From contig OY970170.1 in the NCBI GenBank assembly GCA_963706795.1, positions 780,001 to 812,000 on the forward strand: a DNA stretch of 32,000 nucleotides. The letters run 5' to 3'. Source of the stretch: Candidatus Saccharimonadota bacterium (lineage in GTDB: Bacteria > Patescibacteriota > Gracilibacteria > BD1-5 > UBA2023). Each line of letters starts with the position of its first letter. The stretch's first letter is position 1. Positions 19,455 through 29,275 of this stretch are shown here, piece after piece. The notes under the pieces were generated by a model. The model did no database searches. It was not told the DNA's origin and saw nothing but the letters and a program-made list of their open reading frames with translations. The position numbers were made by a program, and so were the translations under genes.

Positions 19455-20775
19455 ATTTACACCCGCGAATCTTCCGATCAAGACACGTTTGGCATTTGCT
19501 TTTGCATGCGTCTCGATCGTGTTTTTGTGTGTATATTCTTTTGTTGTCTATACGGTTTTTGATCGCTATCTTTTGCGAGATGCGACGGATTTGGTGCGGG
19601 CGCAGTATGAGTCGATTCTCTCGGATATCACCTTTGTTGAGGACGAATCTCAGGGAATAGATCTGGCCGAAAAAACCCTCTCACGCATCGATCAGGCCAC
19701 CAATCTTGGGCTTCTTGTTTTTGTATATGACAGCAATGGCGATGCGATTGTTTCACCTTCACCGATCAGTATTCCTATCGGAAAAGAATGAGCATTTGAG
19801 CTCCAAGAATGATCCGAAATCTTCTTTGTATATGGAGGGAAGGTAGAGCAGGGCTCACTTTATGTCGCGCTGAGCAAGGAAGTGAGTGTACAAGAAAAAC
19901 TTGGTCGACTCCTTGGGATTTTAGTCCTTGTCTGACTCGCGTCAGCTTGATTGATCTTTGTTGTGAGTTACTTTTTTTCTCGTAGGGCGCTTCGACCGAT
20001 TGACCGACTCAAGGAATACATTGCTTCTGGTGGAAGTGCTGAACTCCGTTTTGCGAAGGATGAGATCGGATATTTAGCAGAAGAATTCGATCAATATCGT
20101 ACTCGTATCGAGGCCTCGCTTGCGCGAGAACGTGAATTTAGTGCTGATGCGAGTCATGAGCTTCGCACTCCATTAACGGTACTCAGAACCACGCTCGAAC
20201 TGCTCGAATCCAAAAAACAAGATACCGAATCAACATCCAAAATCGCCACTATGAATGAGGCGATTGATGAGATGGAAGACCTCATAAATAAGCTTTTACT
20301 TTTGGAGCGTGGCTTAGCTGATGGCGCCGAATCCTCCATGCAGGTGAGTGATTTCTTCTCTGATTTTCTCACACCCTTTAAGGATATAGCTCACAAAAAA
20401 GATCTCAATATCATCCTCGAAACTCCCAAAAAAGACTTTCTTGTGCGAACGAGCAGAGAGCGTCTGGAACATGTTTTTGGGAATCTCATACGCAATGCTC
20501 TCCACTATACCGAACAGGGGGCTATCACGGTTCGAGTCACTAAAAATCGCGTGGATATTATCGATACCGGAGTTGGAATGTCTCACCAAAACCTCATGCG
20601 AATCTGGGATCGATTTTATCGCAGTGATCGTTCTCGCAATGGTGAAGGAGCCTGACTCGGACTCTCAATTGTAAAACGTCTTGCAGAAGAATCTGGCTGG
20701 ATTTTAGCAGTGAAGTCTGAGCTCGGAGTCGGCTCGACTTTCACAGTTATATTTCCGAATGCTTCCAAGAAATAA
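19438..20775 (+). CDS. Sensor histidine kinase, 445 aa, with two TM segments
   Basis: Frame-1 fragments 19438-19791 and 19951-20655 join through TGAs. The H-box is FSADASHELRTPL and the N-box is NLIRNALHY. The G2 box reads GEGA-(TGA 20653-20655)-LGLSIVKRL. TAA at 20773-20775. It overlaps the response regulator stop by 17 nt. Confidence 0.9.
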
Positions 20776-21697
20776 TGCGATTTTTTTTGGTGAAAAGGAG
20801 CTTTCAGAGCTCTTTTTTTGTTCCGCCGTTTGCTTCGGCTATAAATCTACGGATTTCAGCGATATTGCCTTCTGAGAGTCCAATAGTTGTGTTGTGCACG
20901 ATACGATATATCGTCTCGATAAGGGTATTTTGCTCTAGAAGCGTGAGTGCCAAAAATTCCCATTCATGAAAACTCTCATTATCAAGAAGTCGCGTAATAC
21001 GGGATTCGAGGGTTTCGTGAACCATTTCAGCATATTCCGAAAATGCAGAGAGATTATCACGGAATTGTGGATTAATTGCCTCAATTTCTGGGATAATTTT
21101 ATTGCGGATACGGTTGCGTAAAAATGCCTCAGCGTCATTTGAGCTATCCTCTCGAAAAGCGATTGAATGCTCTGTAGCATAGCTTCGAATCGCTGACTTT
21201 GTGGTATGAATCAGTGGTCGAAGCGTATTGCCACTCAGTTCTGCAATCCCCGTGAGTCCTCAGAGTTTTGAACCACGAAAAAAATTTAATAGAATGGTTT
21301 CTATACTGTCATCTAAATGGTGTCCGAGGATAACAAATCGTGATCCAGTCTGTTTTCGGATGATTTCAAAGGCTTCTTTACGGACAATTCTTCCGGATTC
21401 TTCGAGGCCAATTTTTGCTTCTTTTGCACGGGTGGCAATATCCTCTTTGAGACTTATGCAGAGAATTCAATGTCACTCGCAATAGGTTTTCACAAGTGCT
21501 TCATCGCCGTCACTTTCAGCTCCACGAAGTCAGTGATTAATATGGACCACAGTGATCTGTTTTTTGGCATGTATCTCTGTCAAAATCTGGAGCAGTACCA
21601 TGCTGTCGACTCATCCAGAAACTCCCACAACAATAGGCTCATCAGTGTCAATCTGATGCGTTGTAAATACGTTTTCGATGGTCTGGAGGAGAGTCAT
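20747..21697 (-). CDS. tilS: tRNA(Ile)-lysidine synthase, 316 aa
   Basis: Minus-strand frame read by hand. The PP-loop is VVGVSG-(TGA, complement of 21611-21613)-VDS. LGHHLDDSIETILLNFFRGS follows. At least five in-frame TGAs. The stop is TAA (complement of 20747-20749). The 3' end overlaps the convergent kinase gene by 29 nt. Confidence 0.85.
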
Positions 21698-21757
21698 ATA
21701 GACATCAGTAATGCTGCTGAGATTGTTTTTGGGAGATTGTTGCAAGACTCCTCTCTT

Positions 21758-22087
21758 CTACTCTAGGATATCGGATGCCATTTTTGTTGCCATTTTGCGC
21801 ATAATTGGCAAATAGAGATCGTCCGGAGCGAGCTTATTGACGATCTGTTTTTTGCATTTTGTGCACTCATGAACGATGACGAGGCCTTTGTTTTTGCGAT
21901 TTTCGAAGGCAATTGCCTGCATGGTGCCATGGCAGTTACTCGCACGGTCGCCAGGAAAAATATCGTCGACGTGCTTGCTTGCGAGGCAGTACGGACAATG
22001 ATTTCGTGCTGATCCATCTGGATGAATGGTGACGTGTTTGCCACAGTTTTCACAGATGAATTCTTCATTTCGCATGATAAAACCCAT
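21758..22087 (-). CDS. RNHCP-domain zinc-ribbon protein, about 109 aa
   Basis: Contains CENCGKHV...SARNHCPYCLASKHVD...CHG...HECTKCKK, which carries the RNHCP motif and paired CxxC motifs. The start was chosen at the internal ATG (MGFIMRNEEF). TAG stop. Confidence 0.65.
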   Translation of the reverse strand: MGFIMRNEEFICENCGKHVTIHPDGSARNHCPYCLASKHVDDIFPGDRASNCHGTMQAIAFENRKNKGLVIVHECTKCKKQIVNKLAPDDLYLPIMRKMATKMASDILE

Positions 22088-22151
22088 GCTGTCGATTCTA
22101 AATATGCACTGATATTTTGCAACCGGCATTGTGATCTGATAGTCTAATTGC

Positions 22152-23474
22152 ATGAATAAGCCCATCGAGAACGAACAGCAATTCAAAAAAGTCATCACAG
22201 CACTCGGAGACAAAAGTGGTTCCTCGAGTCATTTTCAGTCTGACAAATTTGATCAGCTCGCCAAGTATGTCCATGAAGCCCTCGAAAAACAGGACTCTGA
22301 TCTGGCACTCACACTCATCACAAAATGAGCACTTTCGCTCGGATCTTCTGATGTCCATTACGATCTCTCCGATGGTCTCACACAGGTACGACTTCGTATT
22401 GATGGTAATCTCGTGACAATTTTTGCGCTCGAACTTCGTCAGTACAAACTGCTTCTTGAACGTCTCAAATACAAATCCGAACTCAAACTCAATATCACCA
22501 ATATTCCACAGGATGGAAAATACCGTATTTTGGATGATGTGAGCCGAATAGACGTTCGTGTTTCGACGCTTCCAGTCAAGAATGGAGAGAATGTGGTATG
22601 TCGTATTTTGGATTCGACAAATGCAATTCCAAAGGTTTCAGATCTTGGATTTATCTGGACTTCAAAGCGTCAGATCGACAAAAGTCTCAAGAAAAAGGCA
22701 GGAATGATCCTTGTAACGGGACCGACTGGATCGGGTAAAACTACTACGCTCTATTCGATCATGCAGGAGCTCAATGTTCCTGAGCACAAGATCATTACCC
22801 TCGAAGATCCCATCGAATACGATCTCCCATGAGTGGTTCAATCCGAGGTAAATGAAAAGAATGGCTATAACTACCATACTGGCCTCAAGGCGCTTCTGCG
22901 TCAGGATCCGGATGTTATTATGATTGGTGAAGTGCGTGATCTCGATACTGCAAATACTGCCGCGCAGGCTTCGCTGACGGGACATCTTGTGCTCTCGACA
23001 CTGCATACCAAGAGTGCTTCTGAGACGCTTGAGCGACTCATGAATATGGGGGTAGCATCATATATTCTTGCCTCGTCTATCGATATCATTATTGCTCAGC
23101 GCCTCGTTCGCAAGCTCTGTCCACACTGTATCGAGTCCTATATCGCCGACGAATCTCAGAGCGAAGTTATCAAATGGATGATGCAAGATATTGGTATCGA
23201 TGCCGTTGCCAAGGCCAATAAAAATGGCTACAAGCTCTATCGTTCGAAGGGATGTGAACACTGTGGTTTTACAGGATATCGCGGTCGACTCGGTATTTAC
23301 GAAGTCCTTCATTTTAATGACGACATTCGCAAACTCATCCGAGATGGCGCAAGTCCCGCACAAATCTTGGTTGAAGCTCGCAAAAACGACCTCATTCTCA
23401 TGCGTGAAGACGGTGTCCTCAAAGCCATGCGTGGTAAAACTTCACTCGAAGAAGTCTTTAGTGTAATTGAATAA
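22152..23474 (+). CDS. pilB: Type IV pilus / type II secretion assembly ATPase (PilB/GspE family), short form of 440 aa
   Basis: Frame 3 from ATG 22152 joins 22413-22832 and 22833-23474 through TGAs at 22326-22328 and 22830-22832. Motifs are SDVHYD...VRLRIDG, Walker A GPTGSGKTTT, the Asp box, Walker B VIMIGEVRD, the His box TGHLVLSTLH, and the tetracysteine CPHC...CEHC. Confidence 0.9.
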
Positions 23475-23531
23475 TTCAGAGTTTTTTTGAAGTTGGTTTG
23501 ATTCTCGAAGCACTGCGTCTATCATAGGGGC

Positions 23532-23897
23532 ATGAAATTTCTGACTCGCATACTTCTCGCAAGTCTCGGCATCTTCTTTTTGATGCCGTCATTTTTGCTG
23601 ACTGGAAGCGAAGTACATGTAGTTACTCCAGAATCCGCAGGCTGTTTTACAGGGATACGATGTGATCGTGAGCCAGATGGTGCATGGGCATGTTTTCGTG
23701 ATCCTTCGGCTCTGCAGGGTCAGGCAAATGTATTGTCACCACAGATTCAGGCTTCTTCGCATGATCGACTAGATGCTCATTTCGTTAGTGCTGCGTCTGA
23801 AATATCATATGGCAGCACTGCTACTGCATCCGAATGGTCACATATTTCTCGACCATTTGCCTTTGAATACGTCGGAATAGTAAAAATTCAGGTTTAG
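23532..23897 (+). CDS. Hypothetical secreted protein, 121 aa
   Basis: N-terminal hydrophobic signal-like segment (MKFLTRILLASLGIFFLMPSFLL). TAG stop. No family recognised. Confidence 0.45.
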   Translation: MKFLTRILLASLGIFFLMPSFLLTGSEVHVVTPESAGCFTGIRCDREPDGAWACFRDPSALQGQANVLSPQIQASSHDRLDAHFVSAASEISYGSTATASEWSHISRPFAFEYVGIVKIQV

Positions 23898-23934
23898 GAT
23901 TGTCTCTCCAGTCCTATTTCCTGAATTTTTAAAT

Positions 23935-24468
23935 ATGAAAAAATACCTACCTTTTTTGGCAATTATTGCGATTGCTGTATTTCCAAGCTCGACTTTTGCT
24001 TTCGTGCCATTGATCTGTGATCTCTGTACCGTTGGCGTGATCGCAGGGCTTGCAGTTTCTCGATATTTCGGGATCGATGACACCGTTACTGGTGTATGGA
24101 TTGGCGCCTGTCTTGTCGCTTTGATTGCAATGACAGTAGCCTTCTTGGAGCGTAAAAATATTCGCTATCCACTGCGTAATACTTCGATTGCGCTGATGTA
24201 TATTGGCTTTATGTACGCATCGTTTTGGTATATGGGCGTGATCGGCATGTATGGTAATACGCTTTTTGGTATCAAGAGTATTTTTGCTGACAAGATTGTA
24301 GTGAGTAGCATAGTTGGTGGGCTCGTTCTGAGTGCTTCATCTCTCGGATATCAAGCAATGAAGCGACGCAATAATGGCCATGCATATTTTCCATTCCAAA
24401 AAGTGGTGATGCCAATCGTGTTTTTGATCCTCACGAGCGTGGTATTTTATTTTGTAACGCACAAATAA
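23935..24468 (+). CDS. Hypothetical integral membrane protein, 177 aa
   Basis: Signal/TM N-terminus plus about 4 further hydrophobic spans. TAA stop, immediately followed by the next ATG. Confidence 0.6.
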   Translation: MKKYLPFLAIIAIAVFPSSTFAFVPLICDLCTVGVIAGLAVSRYFGIDDTVTGVWIGACLVALIAMTVAFLERKNIRYPLRNTSIALMYIGFMYASFWYMGVIGMYGNTLFGIKSIFADKIVVSSIVGGLVLSASSLGYQAMKRRNNGHAYFPFQKVVMPIVFLILTSVVFYFVTHK

Positions 24469-24469
24469 T

Positions 24470-25072
24470 ATGTCTGCAAAAGCTCAAACTCACGATATCA
24501 ATGAGCTCATCGAAAAATACGATGCCCTCAAAAAACAAGAAAAAATGGACCTCTCCCAGGACCAAGATCTCTCCATCGCGATCATGAATCTCATCTCGAT
24601 CGAAGAACATCTCGTCTTCTCAGGCGCAAAAACTGGTAAAACCCATTTTTATGATCTCATAGAAGAAGTCCGTGAGATGCGCAAAAATCTCCTCAAAATG
24701 ATCATCAAAGAATACGAAGGAGAAGTCTGGTGTATCTCTAAGCATCTGCTCGCCTCATCCATGCGCCTCATGGAAGTCGGCACCAAGTCTCAAAGCATGG
24801 GCCGTCGCGAGGAAGCCTACGACTTCTTTGAAAAAGCCTATGATCTCTACGCACTTTTCTGGGGGCTTCAAATGAATGTTGTTGGAGCTGACACGCTTCA
24901 AAAAACATCTTCTGATCTGTGAGATTCAGAGATAGTTCCGACTGAAATGACTTCTCAAATCGAGCACATCCGAGTTCAGGATGCACCGTCACAAAACGCC
25001 CCAAAACGCACTGGATTTATGGGGAAGCTCGGGGATCTCGTACGCAAGGCAGTCGATTGCTGTATCGAATAA
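24470..25072 (+). CDS. Hypothetical cytoplasmic protein, 200 aa
   Basis: The frame-2 ORF 24470-24922 continues through one TGA to TAA 25070-25072. The C-terminus ends ...LVRKAVDCCIE. No family recognised. Confidence 0.55.
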
Positions 25073-25090
25073 TTATTTTCTCATCCACTT

Positions 25091-25702
25091 ATGAAACACA
25101 TCCTTCTCAGTCTCTGTATGACAGTGCTTCTTGCCTCATGTACGCAGACATCAAATATCGCAACAAATCCTGTAGTAAAACCAGCCGATTCCAGTCTCTT
25201 AGAATCCGCTACTGGTGGACTCAAAGTAGATCTCTCTAAGTCATACCACTACCTCGATAGTGAGAAAAAAGCATATGCAGAGGGTACCTTCGGGGATCTC
25301 ATCTCAAAGACTCCGTACACGATCGTCTATTTTTACCCAAAAGACGGAACTCCAAACTGTACAATCCAGGCGCTCGACTTCTCTCGACTCCAGTCAGAGT
25401 TTGCAAAAGAAGGATATCAAATCCTCGGAGTTTCCAAGGATGACCTTGCTTCCCATAAGGCTTTTGCTGACCGTAACGAACTCAAAATCAAGCTGCTTCA
25501 GGACAAAAATAGTGACTTGCTTGCAGAGTTTTGAGCACTCGGTAAGCTCCAAGAATACGGAAATGGATCAGACAAGTCAGATATTATTCGCTCTACTTTT
25601 ATCATCGACAAATCAGGCGTCATCCAGCATGCCTTCAAGGATATTAAAGCCGTCGGACACGCTGATCGCATCCTCGAACTCATCAAATCTCAAAAGAAAT
25701 AA
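25091..25702 (+). CDS. bcp: Bcp-type peroxiredoxin (thiol peroxidase) with a lipoprotein signal peptide, 203 aa
   Basis: The lipobox is VLLAS-C. The catalytic motif YFYPKDGTPNCT matches the canonical FYPKD.TPGCT. One in-frame TGA (25532-25534) joins to ...STFIIDKSGVIQHAF. TAA at 25700-25702. Confidence 0.8.
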
Positions 25703-25718
25703 TTACTTCCTAAGATAC

Positions 25719-25749
25719 AAAAAAACCGATAGGCACTATCGGTTTTTTT
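25719..25749. terminator. Bidirectional rho-independent terminator shared by bcp and the convergent GH26-like gene
   Basis: AAAAAA-CCGATAG-gca-CTATCGG-TTTTTTT. The minus-strand gene's TAG lies inside the stem. Confidence 0.75.
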
Positions 25750-26872
25750 GTAGATTTTTTTCTCTCAGAGTGAGTGGCTTTTTGATCGTTTTCCCAGTAC
25801 CAAAAGGAAGATTTTTGGTACTCATTTTTGGATCGCTGAAAAATTCGAGAATGTTGGTATACGCCTTACCGGTTTCGAGCGAGAGAGCTGCCCAATCGAG
25901 TTCTTCTGCGCGACTGCGATCCGTGAGTCACTTCGTGCGATCTCGATTGAAATAGAGGGCTCCGACTATCGTGGGCTCGGATGCTATGGTTTCGTGCATA
26001 TGAGTGAGCCAGAGATTTTTCTTGGTGGTGGTATTTTTGTATTCGTCTTTTGCCTTTTGCTCGGACCATGGTCATTCAAAATCAACTGCGGTCGTTCCGA
26101 CTTCATCTAAAAATATGGGTTTGCCATAGAGTTTGAGGCGCTCAAAGGTCTGCATTTTTGATCCAATGAGTAGGCTTTTAAATGACTGCCACTTTGCCCA
26201 CGAGGCATTTCGGCCGCGTCCCCAGTTGTACATGCTGAGACTCGCCATATCGACATATTCGCTTCCTGGATAAAAATCCTCAAGTGTTTTACAGTGTGTT
26301 TTTTGTTTTGTAGTCTGACTGCAATAGATAATTTTGCCATTTACGACGCCATTTTCAGAGGGGAGATCCTCGATATTTACCGCAAAATTAAAGAGGATGT
26401 TATTGCGATCGAGTCCTGCAGTGCGCGAGAGATTCCAGATACGTTTGTAGGCGATCTGATAATTTTGAGGATCGCCGGACCATGAGAACCAATTGCCATT
26501 CATCTCATGCATGGTGCGAAAGATAAACTTCCCATGGGATTCTTTCATGGTCGCAAAGAGCCTCGAATATGCCACATCAAATTTGCCATCTGCGACTGCT
26601 TTTGCGCTGAGTCCAAGAGGCGAGAGTGTCACATGGTAGATACGATCGACCCCAAGATTTTTGATATTTGCAGAGAGTGTTTTGGCGTCTTCTGTGCTAA
26701 AACTATCAAAAATAAACCCAACAATAGGAGCACGGAAGCTATATTTTTGCTCGAGCGTGGTGATCTCGGAGGCATTGTTGTTTTCGGGATATATTCCAAA
26801 TGCGTAATCTGCGTGGACGCTGCTACAAAGACTGAGCGCGACGAGCAAAAAGATCGTATAGAGTTTTTTCAT
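25736..26872 (-). CDS. Secreted glycoside hydrolase family 26-like protein, 378 aa
   Basis: Signal peptide MKKLYTIFLLVALSLCSSVHA. The motif RTMHEMNGNWFSWSG matches the GH26 HEMNG.WFWWG block. The ORF 26072-26872 extends through two TGAs to TAG (complement of 25736-25738). Confidence 0.75.
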
Positions 26873-26978
26873 GGTGCCAGTATGGCAATTTTTGCACGAC
26901 CCTCAAGAAGTTCTCGTTTTTTTATTTTGTATTTACGTGCCTATCCATACGCTCGAAGACATCTCGTAACTTCCTCCT

Positions 26979-27506
26979 ATGCCAAAAGCTCAAGCCAAGG
27001 GATCTAAAAAAAAGAATACTCCTCAGCCTCGTATTCCACTCGCCGACCGTTTTATCAAATGGATAGGTTCCGAAAATTCGCTCGTGGCGCATACCGTCTT
27101 TTTTATTGGTGCATTCTCATTTTTGCTCTTTGGGTTTTCTCTAGATAAGATTCTTCTGGTGCTTACAACCGTATTATCACTCGAAGCAATCTATCTCGCG
27201 ATCTTTATCCAGATAGCGATCAATCGCAATACCGAGAGTCTCCAAAATGTCGAAAAAGACATCGACGAAATCCAAGAGGATATCGATGAGATCCAAGAGG
27301 ACATCGACGAAATCCAAGAGGACGTTGATGAGATTCAGGAAGACGTCGAACTCATCGAAAAAGACATCGACGAAATCCACGAAGAAGAAGTCCTCGAAGA
27401 AGACGATGCCGAGCGCACACGCAAATTTTTCGTCAGTCTCGAATCCCAACTCCAAAAACTCATCACCGAAGTCGACACCCTCAAAAAATCAAAAACAGGG
27501 AAATAA
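26979..27506 (+). CDS. DUF1003-like two-TM membrane protein with an acidic repeat tail, 175 aa
   Basis: The hydrophobic core ends in SLEAIYLAIFIQIAINRNTESL, which resembles the DUF1003 ...QNR... motif. The C-terminal half is (DIDEIQE)n. TAA stop. Confidence 0.6.
   Translation: MPKAQAKGSKKKNTPQPRIPLADRFIKWIGSENSLVAHTVFFIGAFSFLLFGFSLDKILLVLTTVLSLEAIYLAIFIQIAINRNTESLQNVEKDIDEIQEDIDEIQEDIDEIQEDVDEIQEDVELIEKDIDEIHEEEVLEEDDAERTRKFFVSLESQLQKLITEVDTLKKSKTGK
27258..27383 (+). repeat. Six tandem 21-nt units (consensus GACATCGACGAAATCCAAGAG) encoding DIDEIQE heptads
   Basis: Units begin at 27258, 27279, 27300, 27321, 27342 and 27363. Units 1 and 3 are identical. The others differ mainly at synonymous or conservative positions. 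Confidence 0.9.
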
Positions 27507-27536
27507 AAAAAATCTGGGAATTCCCAGATTTTTTTT
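27505..27536. terminator. Bidirectional terminator (perfect palindrome) between the DUF1003-like gene and the convergent pilin gene
   Basis: AAAAAAAA-TCTGGGAATTCCCAGA-TTTTTTTT. Confidence 0.75.
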
Positions 27537-28323
27537 ATGGTGTGATCGTACAGCCGGTACCGCTTACTCAGCCACTTGCATCAAGTATGAGGTAGGTTCC
27601 AGATCACATACTCAGCCCAGCATCAGCAATTGCTTGGCAGCTTGTATAGTCGCTCGCACTCGGTAAGCTCACTCAGTTTTCTGAGGCTATATCTGTAAAA
27701 AGTGTCGCTTTTGTTACCGCCTTTCCGCTCGTGTCGTATGGAATATTGATACTGCTATTATTTATAATAAAGCTGAGTTGGTTTGTTGCGCCCGCTCCGA
27801 TACCTGGATTTACCTCTAGATCGCTCGTCGTATTTACAGCGAGTAAGAGGCTCGGAAAGATCGATGGCATGAGTGCCAGGTAGTCGCCATCGACATAGGC
27901 TCGTAAAATATTCGCTCATTCTATCGTCATCCCGATTTGGTAACTCTGTCTATTCGTCAGGCTCGAGTACATATACGCCCGAGCAGTCCGAGGATCGATG
28001 CGAAGTTTTGTGCTATTTCCCTTGGTAATGGCATCCGAATTTCCTTGGTAGACGACCGCTACTCCGTTATTTAAAAGCGAGAAATTACTTGCTGGAAGGG
28101 GATAGGAGCCTAGCGTTTGTTTATTGCTACGAAGTTGCGTCTTCATCTCAGCCATGTCCGTTTTGCGTGTACTATTACGTGCATCAACCGCACTATTCGA
28201 AAACGAAACAAATGCGATCGTCGACAAAATTGAGAGCACAAGTATCACTACAATGAGCTCTACGAGCGAAAACCCCGCACAGCTTTGTATCTGCGATCGC
28301 CTTAAAAAAAGAGTTGTTTTCAT
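27535..28323 (-). CDS. Type IV pilin / pseudopilin, 262 aa
   Basis: The class III signal is MKTTLFLRRSQIQSCAG|FSLVELIVVILVLSIL (G-F-S-L-V-E5). Fragments 27916-28341 and 27673-27870 are in one frame and extend through four TGAs to TAA (complement of 27535-27537). A C-terminal Cys pair is present (SCQAI...GTGC). Confidence 0.85.
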
Positions 28324-28422
28324 GTTCTGAAAATACAACAAATCCGCTCACGAGCAAGATAAAGTTTTACACTGAACAAAAGATATGGAATACTATCCAC
28401 GTTCATCACTATCCTCCTCCCC

Positions 28423-29109
28423 TTGAGCACGAGAGTTCTCACGTTCGCGAAACGCTTGCTTTCCACTGTTTTATTTGGAACGCTTTTTGTGACACTAGTG
28501 GTATCAGCCTTTGATTCTATCGCGCAAAATATTAGCCCACAAAATGCTACACAAACCTGATCCAACAACGTAGTTTGGTTCTCGACGGGTACGATTTCTG
28601 CATCTCAGTATTTCACTCAATACGTCAATCTAAATGATGATTCTGCCACGGTTGGTAATTACTTCCATGGATATTACTACGATACGCAATTTGGCTTTTT
28701 TAAGCTCGATTGGGATTCGGATGTGAACAATAATGTCCGTGTAATTAGCTCTACAGACCGTTGTGCTACGGGATATGGTTACAAACTTGGTGGATTTGCT
28801 CAGGGTGTGGATGCTGGGCTCATCAATTTTAATTACAGCTCTGACGTCTTTGTCTATTACTGTGAGTCCGACAGCAAACTCCATGGCTACGCCTATAACG
28901 AGGACTATGGTTTTCAGAGTTTTGAGTGAATTAGCTTTACAATAGCAGCTGTAAGCACACAAGTGCCATTGGTCCAGGGTTCTTCGGATCCATTCTTTGT
29001 AAATAATCAGTCGATGATCCTATCCTCTCCGGTTGGATTCTCTTCAATCCAATGAGATGAACAATCCAGTGAATGGGGGAAATCCGCGCTCTTCTTCATT
29101 GTAAAATAA
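28423..29109 (+). CDS. Secreted protein with three internal G-[YF]-[AY]-x4-G-x-x-x-F motifs, about 228 aa (start uncertain)
   Basis: Frame 1 is open from 28363 to TAA 29107-29109 through three TGAs. There is no ATG; TTG 28423 gives a good signal peptide (STRVLTFAKRLLSTVLFGTLFVTLVVSAFDSIA). The repeats are HGYYYDTQFGFFKLDW, LGGFAQGVDAGLINFNY and LHGYAYNEDYGFQSFE. It is divergent from the pilin gene. Confidence 0.55.
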
Positions 29110-29124
29110 GCCTGATTTGACCTC

Positions 29125-29159
29125 AAAAATTCTCCTGACTATCCAAGGAGAATTTTTTT
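29125..29159 (+). terminator. Rho-independent terminator
   Basis: AAAAATTCTCC-(11-nt loop)-GGAGAATTTTT followed by a T-run. Confidence 0.65.
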
Positions 29160-29275
29160 ATACATGCTTTTTATCAAAAATATAGTGGTTTTTACAATAC
29201 AGGAGGTCGGAAAAATTTTACATTCCAAAGAACATATGTGACAATGATATGAGTAAAGTTTACTGCCTCCTTCCC

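Noticed and set aside
21228-21766. Plus-strand ORFs 21228-21485 and 21470-21766.
   Set aside because: They are antisense to tilS, whose PP-loop and downstream motifs are unambiguous on the minus strand under code 25.
25260-25955. 231-aa plus-strand ORF spanning the bcp 3' half, the terminator and the GH26 3' end.
   Set aside because: It is out of frame with bcp, crosses a rho-independent terminator, and has a Ser/Arg-rich low-complexity product. It is a by-product of stop-poor alternative frames.
26507-27007. 166-aa plus-strand ORF.
   Set aside because: It is antisense to the GH26-like gene, whose motif-bearing frame is clearly the real one.
27258-27383. Regularly spaced 21-nt repeats as a possible CRISPR-like array.
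   Set aside because: The units are contiguous with no spacers. They are in frame within a CDS and encode a repeated heptad.
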